Under the pieces are notes generated by a model that saw nothing but the letters and a program-made list of their open reading frames with translations, was not told the origin of the DNA and made no database searches. 64,000 nt of DNA from Candidatus Latescibacterota bacterium (GTDB taxonomy: Bacteria > Latescibacterota > UBA2968 > GCA-2709665): the NCBI GenBank assembly GCA_965237675.1, contig OZ250150.1:3712001-3776000 (forward strand), read 5' to 3'. The position numbers and the translations under genes were made by a program. Below are positions 30,215 through 40,180 of the stretch, piece by piece. Positions within the stretch are counted from its first letter, which is position 1. Each line of letters begins with the position of its first letter.

Positions 30215-30982
30215 ATGAGCCGATGGTGTCTGTTGATGTTCGCGGTCGTCGTTGCCGCATCTGGTCCGAGCGCCGGGAATCCGCCGGCAGAGGGATTCAA
30301 TGTTGCCGCTTCGGACGCCAGGGCGATTGAGATTGCCGATGCCGTAATGAGGAATATGGGAGGCCGTCGGAACTGGGACGGAACCCGTTATCTCATCTGG
30401 AAATTCTTCGGCCGGCGGTTGCACGTGTGGGACCGATGGACCGGCGACATCCGCTTTGAGGAGGCCGATCGTGTCACGCTGATGAACATCAATAGCCGAC
30501 AGGGGCGCGTCTGGAAGGGCGGAGAGGAAATCGCGGAGCCGGATTCTTTGAAGAAATATCTGAACCGCGGGTACCGCGCCTGGATCAACGATTCCTACTG
30601 GCTGGTGATGCCCTACAAGCTGAAAGATTCAGGCGTGACGTTGAAGTATCTGGGCGAGGGAAAGATGGAGAACGGGCGGGAGGCGTTTGTATTGGCACTT
30701 ACTTTCGATGACGTCGGGGTGACGCCGCAGAACAAATACGACGTGTACGTGGACAGGGAACGCATGCTGGTGGAGCAGTGGGCGTTCTACAGAAAGGCGT
30801 CCGACGCGGAACCACGGATTGTCGGCCCGTGGGCGGACTGGAAGCCGCACGGCAGGATCCTGCTTTCTGCGAATCGGGGCCGGACATCGCATACCAACGT
30901 GGCCGTTTTCGATGACCTGCCACGCACAGTGTTTGAATGCCCCGATCCCGTTGACATGATGGCGTTCGACAGAGCCAGGTGA
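30215..30982 (+). CDS. Hypothetical secreted protein
   Basis: GGAGG RBS, hydrophobic signal peptide, Trp-rich body (WINDSYWLVMPYKLKD, GVTPQNKY). Confidence 0.7.
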   Translation: MSRWCLLMFAVVVAASGPSAGNPPAEGFNVAASDARAIEIADAVMRNMGGRRNWDGTRYLIWKFFGRRLHVWDRWTGDIRFEEADRVTLMNINSRQGRVWKGGEEIAEPDSLKKYLNRGYRAWINDSYWLVMPYKLKDSGVTLKYLGEGKMENGREAFVLALTFDDVGVTPQNKYDVYVDRERMLVEQWAFYRKASDAEPRIVGPWADWKPHGRILLSANRGRTSHTNVAVFDDLPRTVFECPDPVDMMAFDRAR

Positions 30983-31053
30983 GAACTGACAACACGGATA
31001 TCGCCGACTGTTTTTTTGTTGTGCATTTGCCGCTTTGGAAACGCGGATAAACA

Positions 31054-31085
31054 AAAGAAGGCCCTTCGCTTACGGGGCCTTCTTT
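31054..31085. terminator. Intrinsic terminator hairpin
   Basis: Perfect 11-bp inverted repeat AAAGAAGGCCC-N10-GGGCCTTCTTT after the 24561-30982 gene run. Confidence 0.7.
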
Positions 31086-31153
31086 CGTGTGTTGTACATC
31101 CGCTTTCTTGTTGATTGCCGGATAATCCACCGTGCGGCGGCGGGTCGGATTTC

Positions 31154-31182
31154 TTGACTTGGGATGTCGATTTGCTTATGTT
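31154..31182 (+). promoter_or_regulatory. Putative sigma-70 promoter
   Basis: TTGACT-N17-TATGTT. Confidence 0.4.
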
Positions 31183-31522
31183 GTGAAGACTCTGCGGCGT
31201 CGAAAATAGACCGAATTGATCGGCAATGTGCAGACTGTCGCCTGTCGGGATAGGTTCCAAATAATAAGGGCTTTCCGGCAATCGATTTCTCGTCCGGAAC
31301 GCCCTGTTTCTAGACAAACCAGCCGCTTTGAGGCAAAAATTCCCCGCTTGCCGTCACTGCATTGATTAGCAGGTATTTGTTCGATCGAAAGATGGTAACG
31401 GCGACGGAGGGGTTGGCGGTGGCGAACTGCGCTGCCACGCCTCGACGTATTCCAGAATAGCAGACGATCGCGTAAATCAATTGCCGGGTCACCAAGATTA
31501 CAGATAACAAACCCAAGGGAGG

Positions 31523-32281
31523 GTGGCTATGCGTTTCTTTGTGAGATGGATCATCATTGGATTGCCGATGTTGTGGCCGGCAATCGGACATGCGCAGTTG
31601 TTGGACGAGAAGCCCAAACCCGCGGGTGGCGATCCGGCGGGCGCATGGATGGCGGACTCGACGTCGCTGCCCGTTTGGGCGGCCCCCAACTTGCTGGCTT
31701 TACTCACCGATCCGTCCATCGACGGAGTGGTAGACGGAACCCTGAAATTGAAGGCCGATTCCGGTACCTACGAGGCGGATTACGTTGCGTCGGTCAAGGT
31801 AAAGCTGACGGTACCTCGTTTGGGGGCCAGCATAGATAGTACGTTTGTCGTGCCGCGGAAACAGGAGGGCGTCTTCGAAATCAAGGATTCAAACCTGATC
31901 CTGGAATACACGCCCGAGGATGAAGAGACGACGGTGAGGGATACGTTGGGATTTACCGTAAGGGAAGATTCCCTGTTTCTGGTACAGGTCGTTCCGCTCG
32001 GTCAATATGGCCCGTTATTGGCTAACTTCAATATGGAGGCGCCCCTGGCCGTGTTGGGGTTCGAGAAGGTGGAGGACGAACCCGATCCCGTTGAACCGCC
32101 CGCGATCACTGCGGACTTCGATGGGAACGGGATGGTGGATTTTCAGGACTTTATTGCGTTCGCGCAGAATTTCGGGCGGAGCGAGGGGGACGCGGATTAC
32201 GACGCCCGGTTCGACCTGAACGGCAACCAGGAAGTGGACTTTCAGGACTTTATTGCGTTCGCGAAACAATTCGGCAAGTAG
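31523..32281 (+). CDS. Secreted protein with C-terminal dockerin-like/EF-hand Ca-binding repeat pair
   Basis: Signal peptide ending GHA-Q, Pro/Glu linker, then ADFDGNGMVDFQDFIAFAQNFG and FDLNGNQEVDFQDFIAFAKQFG. Confidence 0.8.
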   Translation: MAMRFFVRWIIIGLPMLWPAIGHAQLLDEKPKPAGGDPAGAWMADSTSLPVWAAPNLLALLTDPSIDGVVDGTLKLKADSGTYEADYVASVKVKLTVPRLGASIDSTFVVPRKQEGVFEIKDSNLILEYTPEDEETTVRDTLGFTVREDSLFLVQVVPLGQYGPLLANFNMEAPLAVLGFEKVEDEPDPVEPPAITADFDGNGMVDFQDFIAFAQNFGRSEGDADYDARFDLNGNQEVDFQDFIAFAKQFGK

Positions 32282-32325
32282 CGATAAAGCTGTGAGGGTA
32301 AGTTGCGGCCGGGAAACTGTGGTCG

Positions 32326-33096
32326 CTATGGGACGCCGGTGAGGAGGAGTCCGCCGTCCACGGGCAGAGAGACACCGTTGATGCTTGCCGCGTGGGGGCT
32401 GGAGAGAAAGACCACGGCGCGTCCGATGTCTTCCGGTGTGCCGCCCCTGCGCGTGGGGATGAAGCCGTGGAGGCGTTCGGGCGCGCTGCCGCGCGGAGGC
32501 GGGTTCTGCCCGAAGGCGTGTACGGTGTCCATATAACCGGGGAGAATCGCGTTGCAGCGAATGCCGAGGGGCGCCAGTTCGTAGGCCATGCTCATGGTAA
32601 GCCGCAGGATGCCCGCCTTCGCGGTGCCGTAACAGGTGTCGTTTTCCCATACGGACTGCGCGTGCACCGAGGAGATGCTTACGATGCTCCCGCCATCGCC
32701 CCGGTCTGCCATGCTTCGCGCAGCAGCCTGGCTGCACAGGAAATACCCTTTCAGGCAAACGTCGAGCGTGCGGTCCCAGATTGCTTCGGTGATTTCCATG
32801 AAGGGCCTGTTCTCGGACCAATAGGGGTTGTTCACCAGGATGTCGATCCGTCCGAAACGATCCAGAAAAGCGCCGAACATCCGCTCCACGTCTGCGGCGC
32901 TGGAGATATCGGCGTCAAAAAAGGCGGCTTCCCGGCCCGATCTCTGAACCAGATCGAGGGTTGTTTCAGCATCGTTGTCCTGCTCAATGTCGTTGATGCC
33001 CACGTCGCAGCCGGCTTCCGCCAGCGCCTGGGCGATTCCCCGGCCAATGCTGCGCCTGGATCCGGTAACAAGCGCTTTTCTGCCTTCAAGCAACAT
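32326..33096 (-). CDS. Short-chain dehydrogenase/reductase
   Basis: ALVTGSRRSIG, IDILVNN, YGTAK, NAILPG, VDGG. Confidence 0.9.
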   Translation of the reverse strand: MLLEGRKALVTGSRRSIGRGIAQALAEAGCDVGINDIEQDNDAETTLDLVQRSGREAAFFDADISSAADVERMFGAFLDRFGRIDILVNNPYWSENRPFMEITEAIWDRTLDVCLKGYFLCSQAAARSMADRGDGGSIVSISSVHAQSVWENDTCYGTAKAGILRLTMSMAYELAPLGIRCNAILPGYMDTVHAFGQNPPPRGSAPERLHGFIPTRRGGTPEDIGRAVVFLSSPHAASINGVSLPVDGGLLLTGVP

Positions 33097-33196
33097 AAGT
33101 ACACCTCGCTAAGAGTGGAGCCTGGAACGGAATACGGGTTTAAAGCATGAAATACGATATCGTTTTGCACGTGTCAAACATAAAAGGGGGGAGGCA

Positions 33197-33919
33197 ATGA
33201 TGGCTTCCCCCTCTGATTTGAGAGGTGTATTTTTTCTTGCGGCCCTTTTGCTCGGTCTGGCCGGGCGGGCCCCTGCCGAGGAGCCGGAGTCTATAACGAC
33301 GACATTTGAAGACAGTATGTCGGTTGTCGAGGATTCAACAGACGCGCCGCTTGCGCCGGAACTGCTGGTGGCCGTCGCGGCAATGGAAGCCGGAGACTAC
33401 AAATTGGCGGCAACCGAGCTTCAGGCGCTTGCCATGGAGGATTCCGCGCGCATCGACGTTCAACGCATGCTGGCAAGCGCTTTTCTGCGTCAGGAAGCCT
33501 ATGCGCAAGCGGTCGAGGTCTGCGATCGGATCGCAGTGCTGGACTCTACGGATGCAGGTGTAAGGGTCGCCCTGGGTTTCTTGTACGAGAAGCTGGGGGA
33601 TGTAGACCGTTCCCTGGCGGCGTATGCGAAAGCGCTCGAAATGGATGCCGAAATGATTCAGGCGTATCAGGGGTTGGGATGGATCCTCGTGCAGCGGCGC
33701 CAGCTTCAGGAAGCCATGAACATGATCGGGAAGACCACCGAACTTGCACCGGAATACGCGCCGAATTACGTGCTGATGGGACGTGTTCTCACCGCGCAGG
33801 GTTTTTTCGAGAATGCCAGGAAGGCCTTCGAGACCGCGTTCAGGCTGGACCCCAGACTGCGCGAACAATATGGAATCCTGCTTCAGGAGCTTGTCCTGAG
33901 ACATCGCCTCGTACAGTAA
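33197..33919 (+). CDS. Secreted tetratricopeptide-repeat protein
   Basis: GGAGG RBS, signal peptide, TPR patterns (ALGFLY...AYAKALEMD, AFRLDP). Confidence 0.8.
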   Translation: MMASPSDLRGVFFLAALLLGLAGRAPAEEPESITTTFEDSMSVVEDSTDAPLAPELLVAVAAMEAGDYKLAATELQALAMEDSARIDVQRMLASAFLRQEAYAQAVEVCDRIAVLDSTDAGVRVALGFLYEKLGDVDRSLAAYAKALEMDAEMIQAYQGLGWILVQRRQLQEAMNMIGKTTELAPEYAPNYVLMGRVLTAQGFFENARKAFETAFRLDPRLREQYGILLQELVLRHRLVQ

Positions 33920-34058
33920 ACGATCCGGAAGCAGGATATTCTGTTTCTCCTGTCGCGCCTATCGTTTTTGGGGTATTGCAATCCGGGAGTTTATTTGACG
34001 CGAGTATAGGGCAATAGGGGGATGTCGCACGGAAAAAACGGATGATGGGAAAGGGGAG

Positions 34059-34817
34059 TTACTTGAGGTGAAAGCCGATGGGCATCACCATCCAGACCTT
34101 GCGTATTTCGCCCTCGTGCTTTCCTGGGCGGAAACGGAACTGGCGCGCGGCAGCAATGGCGTTGTTTCGAAAGATCTCCGGTCCACTGATGACCTCTGCC
34201 TTTTCCACGCGTCCTCGTTTGTCCACAAGGACACGAACCTTTACCACGCCTTGTTGTTTCGCCTTGTGGGCCTCACGGGGATATTCGGGTGCTACGATGC
34301 GAATCGGATGGGGTTTGTATTCGATATCGAAAATATCCATCGGATGGTCGGACGGGGGTCCTGCCGCCACCGGTCCCTTCAGGCGAAGATCCAGAGGGAG
34401 TGTGTCGAGATCCAGTTCCGTGGTTTCGATAGTAACGTCTTCAGGCACTTCCTCCCCGTCAACCTCGATCGGTACGCTCGGGCGGGGTGGCGGTGGTGGA
34501 CGCTGGGCCTGGGATGTTTCGGGAATCTGCGCCCACTGGACGACGTCGATCTGTGGGTCGTTCAACACCACGGTCGGGACATGTTCGGGGTAGAGGAGTA
34601 CGGTGAACAGCATGAGCAGAAAGGATGCGCCCACCGATCTGAGCATTCGGGTTCGATAGGTGAGTTTGAGGTCCATATCGGGGTCCTTGGATCGAACGGA
34701 AACACGAACACCCGTTGGACAATCCCTCAGGAGGCGCACGAACCTCTCCTGGTGCTCACGAAATCGCGCCAACTGTGCCAGGAGCGAATGACTGAAGCGA
34801 TGGTGAACGATTTTCAT
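34059..34817 (-). CDS. TonB-family energy transducer
   Basis: TM anchor, PPPPPRP linker, TonB C-domain PEYPREA...GVVKVRVLVDKRGRV...FRFRPG. True start may be nearer 34676. Confidence 0.82.
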   Translation of the reverse strand: MKIVHHRFSHSLLAQLARFREHQERFVRLLRDCPTGVRVSVRSKDPDMDLKLTYRTRMLRSVGASFLLMLFTVLLYPEHVPTVVLNDPQIDVVQWAQIPETSQAQRPPPPPRPSVPIEVDGEEVPEDVTIETTELDLDTLPLDLRLKGPVAAGPPSDHPMDIFDIEYKPHPIRIVAPEYPREAHKAKQQGVVKVRVLVDKRGRVEKAEVISGPEIFRNNAIAAARQFRFRPGKHEGEIRKVWMVMPIGFHLK

Positions 34818-35176
34818 TGTTAAGTTCGGTGAGGGCTTGTGTGGAATGCAAGTATGCTGGCGCGTGCAGCGGGAAACGTTTTTCGTTCCAGGGGCGAATT
34901 CCGGCGGCCGGGACTTGCAGGCGATCGATCATCGACGTCCGCCCGGTGGCCGATGCCTTTCGTCCGTCGGTCGGTTCCGCCTTTTTCCACTTAGACCCTC
35001 AAAGCGAGAAAAGGTTCCGGGCCGACGGCTTTCCTCAGCCCGGCCCGGCAGTTGCTGAGACGACATGAATTTTCGCTCGTGGACATTCGGCCCACAGCGC
35101 TAACGCAGAGGTTCCTGAAGCCAGAAATTACTAAGTTAGTCCATACGTACGCAAAGTCAAGCGCAAACTTGAAACA

Positions 35177-35548
35177 ATGGTGCGGATACACGAGAACACG
35201 GCGGGCTATGGCGTTATGAACAGCAGAGCGAGCTTTCCCATGCGGATCGATGTACGGCGGGACGACGGGGAAATGGTAATCGAGTGGCACGGCGGCCGCA
35301 TTGACCGTCTGCCCCTGTCCGAGTTGAGGCGCTGGTGTCCGTGTGCGCTGTGTTCGGATCAACGCGAACATCAGTCCCGCGATCAGGGTCTGCATATGTT
35401 GACGTCGGAGGAGCGTGATGCAAACGCCGACGTGGCGGATGTGATTCCGGTGGGGAGGTATGCGATACAGATCAAATGGGGCGACGGACACGACACCGGA
35501 ATTTATACGTACGACTCCCTGCGAAAAATGGGCGAGGATTTGCCTTAG
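35177..35548 (+). CDS. DUF971 (GBBH-like N-terminal) metal-binding protein
   Basis: LRRWCPCALC and VGRYAIQIKWGDGHDTGIYTY signature; start may be a later ATG. Confidence 0.85.
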   Translation: MVRIHENTAGYGVMNSRASFPMRIDVRRDDGEMVIEWHGGRIDRLPLSELRRWCPCALCSDQREHQSRDQGLHMLTSEERDANADVADVIPVGRYAIQIKWGDGHDTGIYTYDSLRKMGEDLP

Positions 35549-35843
35549 AGAATTGCCAGGGACGTGATGCGGGTTCCTCGTTGACCGCGAACGGTGGCGG
35601 TTCGGTCGTTGAGATAGGACGACGCTTCGTCGCCCTTGTGGCGGCGCATAACCCTTCCGCCATCGAAGCAGGGAATCCGTAGTGTCGCCTCGCAACCGAA
35701 ATTCCTGACGCCGCGAAACTTCACGACCGTGTCTCGGGTTACGGAACCTATCCATGGGATCAATCGTTGACGAGTGGGAAATGTGAAGCCATATTATGCA
35801 CGGAGGGATCGGTCAAGGTGTCCCAAACATTCAGGAGAGCGTT

Positions 35844-36767
35844 ATGGCGCAGACAATCGACGCAGGTTTGGTTGCAAACCCCGGAAAGGCGATATCTGAA
35901 ATGTTGCCTCACCGTATACTGGGAAAAACCGGGGTGCGGGTATCCATTCTTGGCTACGGCTCGGCACCGGGCGGAATTGGCATGGGCGACGATGACGCCA
36001 TTTCACTTTGCCATAAGGCCATCGATCTCGGCGTGACCTATATCGATACCGCGCCGGGATATGGCCGGGCGCATCTGCAACTGGGGCAGGTCATGGAAAG
36101 CAGGAGGGACGAAGTCTTCCTGGTCACCAAGACGCCGGCCGACGACGCGGCAGAGGCGTTGTCGATGTTGGAGAAAGGATTGAAAGACCTGCAGACCGAG
36201 CAGGTCGACCTGGTATACGTGCATTCGATGGGCAATCGGGATGTGGACAGGGTGCTGGCCCCCGATGGCGCGCTTGCGGGTCTGCGGGAGGCGAGGCGCC
36301 GGGGATGGACCCGGTTTATCGGAGTCACCGCGCACAACGCACCCTGGCGGACCGTCCGGGTATTGAGCGAAGCGGAGATGGACGTGGTGATGCTTGCCAT
36401 GAACATTGCCGACCGCTACACGTACAACTTTGAAAATGAAGTGCTGCCTCTCGCCTATGAGCAGAACGTCGGCGTGGCGGCCATGAAAGTCTACGGGGGA
36501 GCGTTGGGGATGAATTACGACAAACCGACTCTGTCGGCTCTGGCTTCGCACGGACCGCACGATCATAAAGCAGCGCTCCGGTACGCGCTGGGGCTGCCGG
36601 GGGTTGCCACGGCGGTTATTGGGATGTTCACCGAGGCCGAACTGGTGCAGAACGTGGAATGGGTGCGGCGAATTACGCCGCTGAATGCCACCGATAGTCT
36701 CGCTGCCGAGCACATTGGCCGACAGGTAGCCGCAGACTGGGGGCCGCATTACGGAGCGTTAGAATAG
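35844..36767 (+). CDS. Aldo/keto reductase
   Basis: RILGKTG.RVSILGYG, YIDTAPGYG, FLVTK, VDLVYVH, AMKVYG; AGGAG RBS. Confidence 0.9.
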   Translation: MAQTIDAGLVANPGKAISEMLPHRILGKTGVRVSILGYGSAPGGIGMGDDDAISLCHKAIDLGVTYIDTAPGYGRAHLQLGQVMESRRDEVFLVTKTPADDAAEALSMLEKGLKDLQTEQVDLVYVHSMGNRDVDRVLAPDGALAGLREARRRGWTRFIGVTAHNAPWRTVRVLSEAEMDVVMLAMNIADRYTYNFENEVLPLAYEQNVGVAAMKVYGGALGMNYDKPTLSALASHGPHDHKAALRYALGLPGVATAVIGMFTEAELVQNVEWVRRITPLNATDSLAAEHIGRQVAADWGPHYGALE

Positions 36768-36783
36768 AAAGCGAAACGAAATA

Positions 36784-37938
36784 ATGATCTCAGGGAGCCT
36801 TGTTGCCGCACGATTCACACAACTGGCGGGTGGGGTCCGCCGGGTTCTGCGCGGCGTATGGCCCGGCCTCGCAGGGCTGGCGCTGTGCGCGTGCGGGGTC
36901 GATGAAGCAGGTTCACCCCTGGGGGGTGTAACGCCCAGGTCGTTTGGCGTGGTCGGGCCGATGGTTGAACCCAGGAGGGATCACACGGCCACCCGACTGT
37001 CCGACGGCACTGTGTTGATTGCCGGAGGGGTACACGTGGTGTCCGCCGGCGTTGAAGAACCGCTGACCAGTGCGGAGATCTTCGATCCGGTCACGGGACG
37101 GTTTCGGCTTACGAACAGCCTGCCGGAGGGGCGTAGCGGGCACGTAGCCGCCTTATTGAAGAACGGCAAGGTGTTGATTGTGGGCGGGTTGATTGTGGGC
37201 GGGGGTGGGCAGACGTTGGTCCTGTACGATCGGGATTCCGGTTCTTTTCTCAGCAGTGGCGCCAGAAGCAGAATTCAGCGCCTGCGAACAGCGACGACGT
37301 TACAGGATGGCAGGGTGCTGCTGTTGGGCGATTTGAGTTTCGCGGCGGAAATTTACGACCCTGAAGAAGACGATATTGTAAAGAGGGTCACCGCGAGTAC
37401 AAGGCGCGTGCAGCATACCGCGACGCTGCTGAATACCGGCGATGTGCTCATCGCGGGTGGAGCCGTAAGATTTGCCGAGCGATTCGATCCGGCAACTGAT
37501 AAATTTACGGTGCCCCGTGGCGCCACCTTGCAGGATCTTAGATTCGGACATACGGCGACGTTGCTGACCGATGGACGTGTGTTGCTGGCCGGCGGCAGTG
37601 CCGTGATCAGCGGACAGGTGTTCACGCCCGTGAACAGCACCGAGGTTTTCGATCCGGACATCCCGTCGTTCCGAGAGGCGGGATTCATGCGGATCCCAAG
37701 GTTCGGACATGCGGCCACCCGGCTGTCCGATGGAAAGGTGCTCATTGTGGGCGGCGCGGCCGCCGATGCCGAGGTCTACGATCCCGGTACGGGGGCGTTT
37801 CAGTTCGTGGGTGGAGACGCGGGCCGGGTACGAAGCGGCGCTACGGCCACCCTGTTGAACGATGGCCGGGTGCTGGTGGCAGGAGGTGTGAACGAGGAAT
37901 TTTCGTATCTCGAGCATGCCGTGGTCTACAATCCTTAA
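36784..37938 (+). CDS. Kelch-repeat beta-propeller, probable lipoprotein
   Basis: Repeated R..HTAT.L.DG.VL.AGG...AE.FDP units; lipobox-like LCAC. Confidence 0.85.
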   Translation: MISGSLVAARFTQLAGGVRRVLRGVWPGLAGLALCACGVDEAGSPLGGVTPRSFGVVGPMVEPRRDHTATRLSDGTVLIAGGVHVVSAGVEEPLTSAEIFDPVTGRFRLTNSLPEGRSGHVAALLKNGKVLIVGGLIVGGGGQTLVLYDRDSGSFLSSGARSRIQRLRTATTLQDGRVLLLGDLSFAAEIYDPEEDDIVKRVTASTRRVQHTATLLNTGDVLIAGGAVRFAERFDPATDKFTVPRGATLQDLRFGHTATLLTDGRVLLAGGSAVISGQVFTPVNSTEVFDPDIPSFREAGFMRIPRFGHAATRLSDGKVLIVGGAAADAEVYDPGTGAFQFVGGDAGRVRSGATATLLNDGRVLVAGGVNEEFSYLEHAVVYNP

Positions 37939-37965
37939 GATTCTCGAACGTCTGGCCGACACAGG

Positions 37966-38006
37966 AAAACCGAGGCTGAATCCCGCAGGGGCGGCCTCTG
38001 TTTTTT
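37966..38006 (+). terminator. Putative intrinsic terminator
   Basis: GAGGC...GCCTC stem followed by TGTTTTTT, downstream of the Kelch gene. Confidence 0.5.
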
Positions 38007-38177
38007 GTGCTGTTTTTTCTGACGATATTTCGATGGCATCGGCATATTGCCGGCCGGTATTGAATCCGTATCGTCTGCCTCTTCACCCTACGACAGCGCC
38101 GAATCGATTGCGCTGAACCCGGTGAATTAACGCGACTGTTTCAGGTTTGTCGGATACGTCTCTGAGGTCAGGTTTCT

Positions 38178-40175
38178 ATGAGCCAGCCCGACTTCGAAAA
38201 TCGATTCCAGCCCCGGGGAGATTCGCCGGTGTCTGCCGGCGAGGGACTTCGCGGAATCGTAATCGCGCTGTCGGTTGCCATGTTGGTTTTCGCGTGTGTC
38301 GCGGCGACATTTCTGGAGTTCAGATCCCGCTCCGCCCATATGGCAATGGCGAACCTTCCTCTGGCAGTGCTATTGCCCTTTGTTGCATGGCTTCTGGTAA
38401 ACGCCCTCCTGAAGCGGTTTTTTCCCCGGCTTTCCCTGACTTCAGCGGAGTTGCGGCTGGCGTTGAGCATGCTCTGGGTGGGAGGATCGTTTGCGGGGTA
38501 TAACTGGATTACGCAGTGGGTTGGCGCTATGGCGGCGCCCAGGTATTACGCATCGCCCGAGAACCGGTGGCGGGAGTTGATTTTTGACTATCTGCCGTGG
38601 TGGATGTTCCCTTCGGATTTTCCGGGAGTGACCGAGGGGTTTTTCCTGGGGATCGAGAAAGGTGCCGCGGTGCCCTGGGGGGCATGGCTGGGACCCGTTT
38701 TCTGGGCGATGTCCGCCGGCGTGGCGATGACGGCGATCGGCGTGGGGGTGACGGCGGTGTTCCAGAAGCAGTGGGTGCAGCACGAACGGCTTACCTATCC
38801 CCTGGCGCAGGTGCCGATCGATCTGACGGAAGGCTTCGACCGGAAGCGAGGTTGGCCGCCGTTTGCACGCCAGTGGTTGTTCTGGGCAGGTTTTGCGGTG
38901 TCTGCGGTTCCCTTGCTGTGGAATCTGGTTGAATATTGGGCGCCCGGTTTTCCCCGCCTGGCGATTTTCGACGCCTATTATGGACCGAGCGGGCCCAGGG
39001 GCGCTGAGTTATCACGTTATTTACAGCCCTTTTCCTATCGTATGTTGCCCACCGTGCTCGGGTTTACGTTTCTGTGCGATTTGAATATCCTGTTCAGCAT
39101 ATGGTCGTTGTGGCTATCGGGCCAACTGGGCTTATATGCAATGTCCAGGGTCGGATTTTCGGTGGGTCTGGTGGGGCAGGAGGCCAAACCTTCGGCAATT
39201 TTAGGCTTGTTCACCCATGGCGTCAGCATGGGATTGGTGGTATGGACGTTGTGGGCCGCCCGGGGTCACCTGAAAAGAGTCTTTCGGCAGGTGGTTCGGC
39301 CGCGCGATGGCGAAGAGGCGGAAACTGCGATTCTCCCACCCCGATTGGCTCTGCTTTCGATATTGGCCGGCGGCATCTATATGGTTTTCTGGTTGAACAG
39401 GGCGGGTTACAGCGTGACAGTCGGCCTGTCCTGGCTATTGCTGTTCTGGGCGAGTATCCTGGTGGTGATGAAGTTTCTGGCCGCAAGTGGATTTGCGTAT
39501 CTGTTTCCCAGTTTCGGAACTTCCATCCTGAATATGACCGTCGGCGCAAACCGGATGAACGAATCCACCTTGGTGGGTCTTCGCCTGGTGAACTGGAGAC
39601 TCCTGGCAGGCTGGCGGTTGCCGGCGGCGCTTCCTCACGTCGAACGTCTGCTCGGGCGGTCGGGTCGCGTCGGGTGGGTGGTGGCCGGCAGCCTGGTGGC
39701 GGGTATGCTGGCGGCGATCATTTACACGGTTTCCATCTGTTACCAGGAGGGAGGCAGTACGTTCCGGACGTGGTCTCTCGTGGGCGCGCCCCGGGGGATG
39801 TACGAGGGTATCGCGAAGGCGGTTGCCGACACCGACCCCGAAGTAACCGATCCGGGAAAGATCGGCGTGTGGATTCTGGGTGGCCTGACTGCGGGCGCAA
39901 TACAGTTGATGCAGAGCCGATTCTCCTGGTGGCCGCTTCATCCTCTTGGCGTCATGCTGATGTCGAGCGGCTACGTTAGCCTCTATGTGTTGGATATCTT
40001 CCTGGTGTGGCTGGCCAAATTGATGGTTCTCAGGTTTGGCGGGATTTCTTTGTACAGGCGAGTCAAACCGTGTTGCTACGGATTGATTGTGGGTTATGTA
40101 TTCGCGGTCGGGTGTTCTTTTTTGGTGGATCTGATCTGGTTTCCCGAAGGGGGTCACTATATCCATGGATACTGA
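38178..40175 (+). CDS. DUF6785/DUF6784-like polytopic membrane protein, paralog 3
   Basis: PRYYASPENRW, KQWVQHERLTYP, WWPLHPLG; same architecture as the 15-19 kb copies but more divergent. Confidence 0.7.
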   Translation: MSQPDFENRFQPRGDSPVSAGEGLRGIVIALSVAMLVFACVAATFLEFRSRSAHMAMANLPLAVLLPFVAWLLVNALLKRFFPRLSLTSAELRLALSMLWVGGSFAGYNWITQWVGAMAAPRYYASPENRWRELIFDYLPWWMFPSDFPGVTEGFFLGIEKGAAVPWGAWLGPVFWAMSAGVAMTAIGVGVTAVFQKQWVQHERLTYPLAQVPIDLTEGFDRKRGWPPFARQWLFWAGFAVSAVPLLWNLVEYWAPGFPRLAIFDAYYGPSGPRGAELSRYLQPFSYRMLPTVLGFTFLCDLNILFSIWSLWLSGQLGLYAMSRVGFSVGLVGQEAKPSAILGLFTHGVSMGLVVWTLWAARGHLKRVFRQVVRPRDGEEAETAILPPRLALLSILAGGIYMVFWLNRAGYSVTVGLSWLLLFWASILVVMKFLAASGFAYLFPSFGTSILNMTVGANRMNESTLVGLRLVNWRLLAGWRLPAALPHVERLLGRSGRVGWVVAGSLVAGMLAAIIYTVSICYQEGGSTFRTWSLVGAPRGMYEGIAKAVADTDPEVTDPGKIGVWILGGLTAGAIQLMQSRFSWWPLHPLGVMLMSSGYVSLYVLDIFLVWLAKLMVLRFGGISLYRRVKPCCYGLIVGYVFAVGCSFLVDLIWFPEGGHYIHGY

Positions 40176-40180
40176 CCAGC

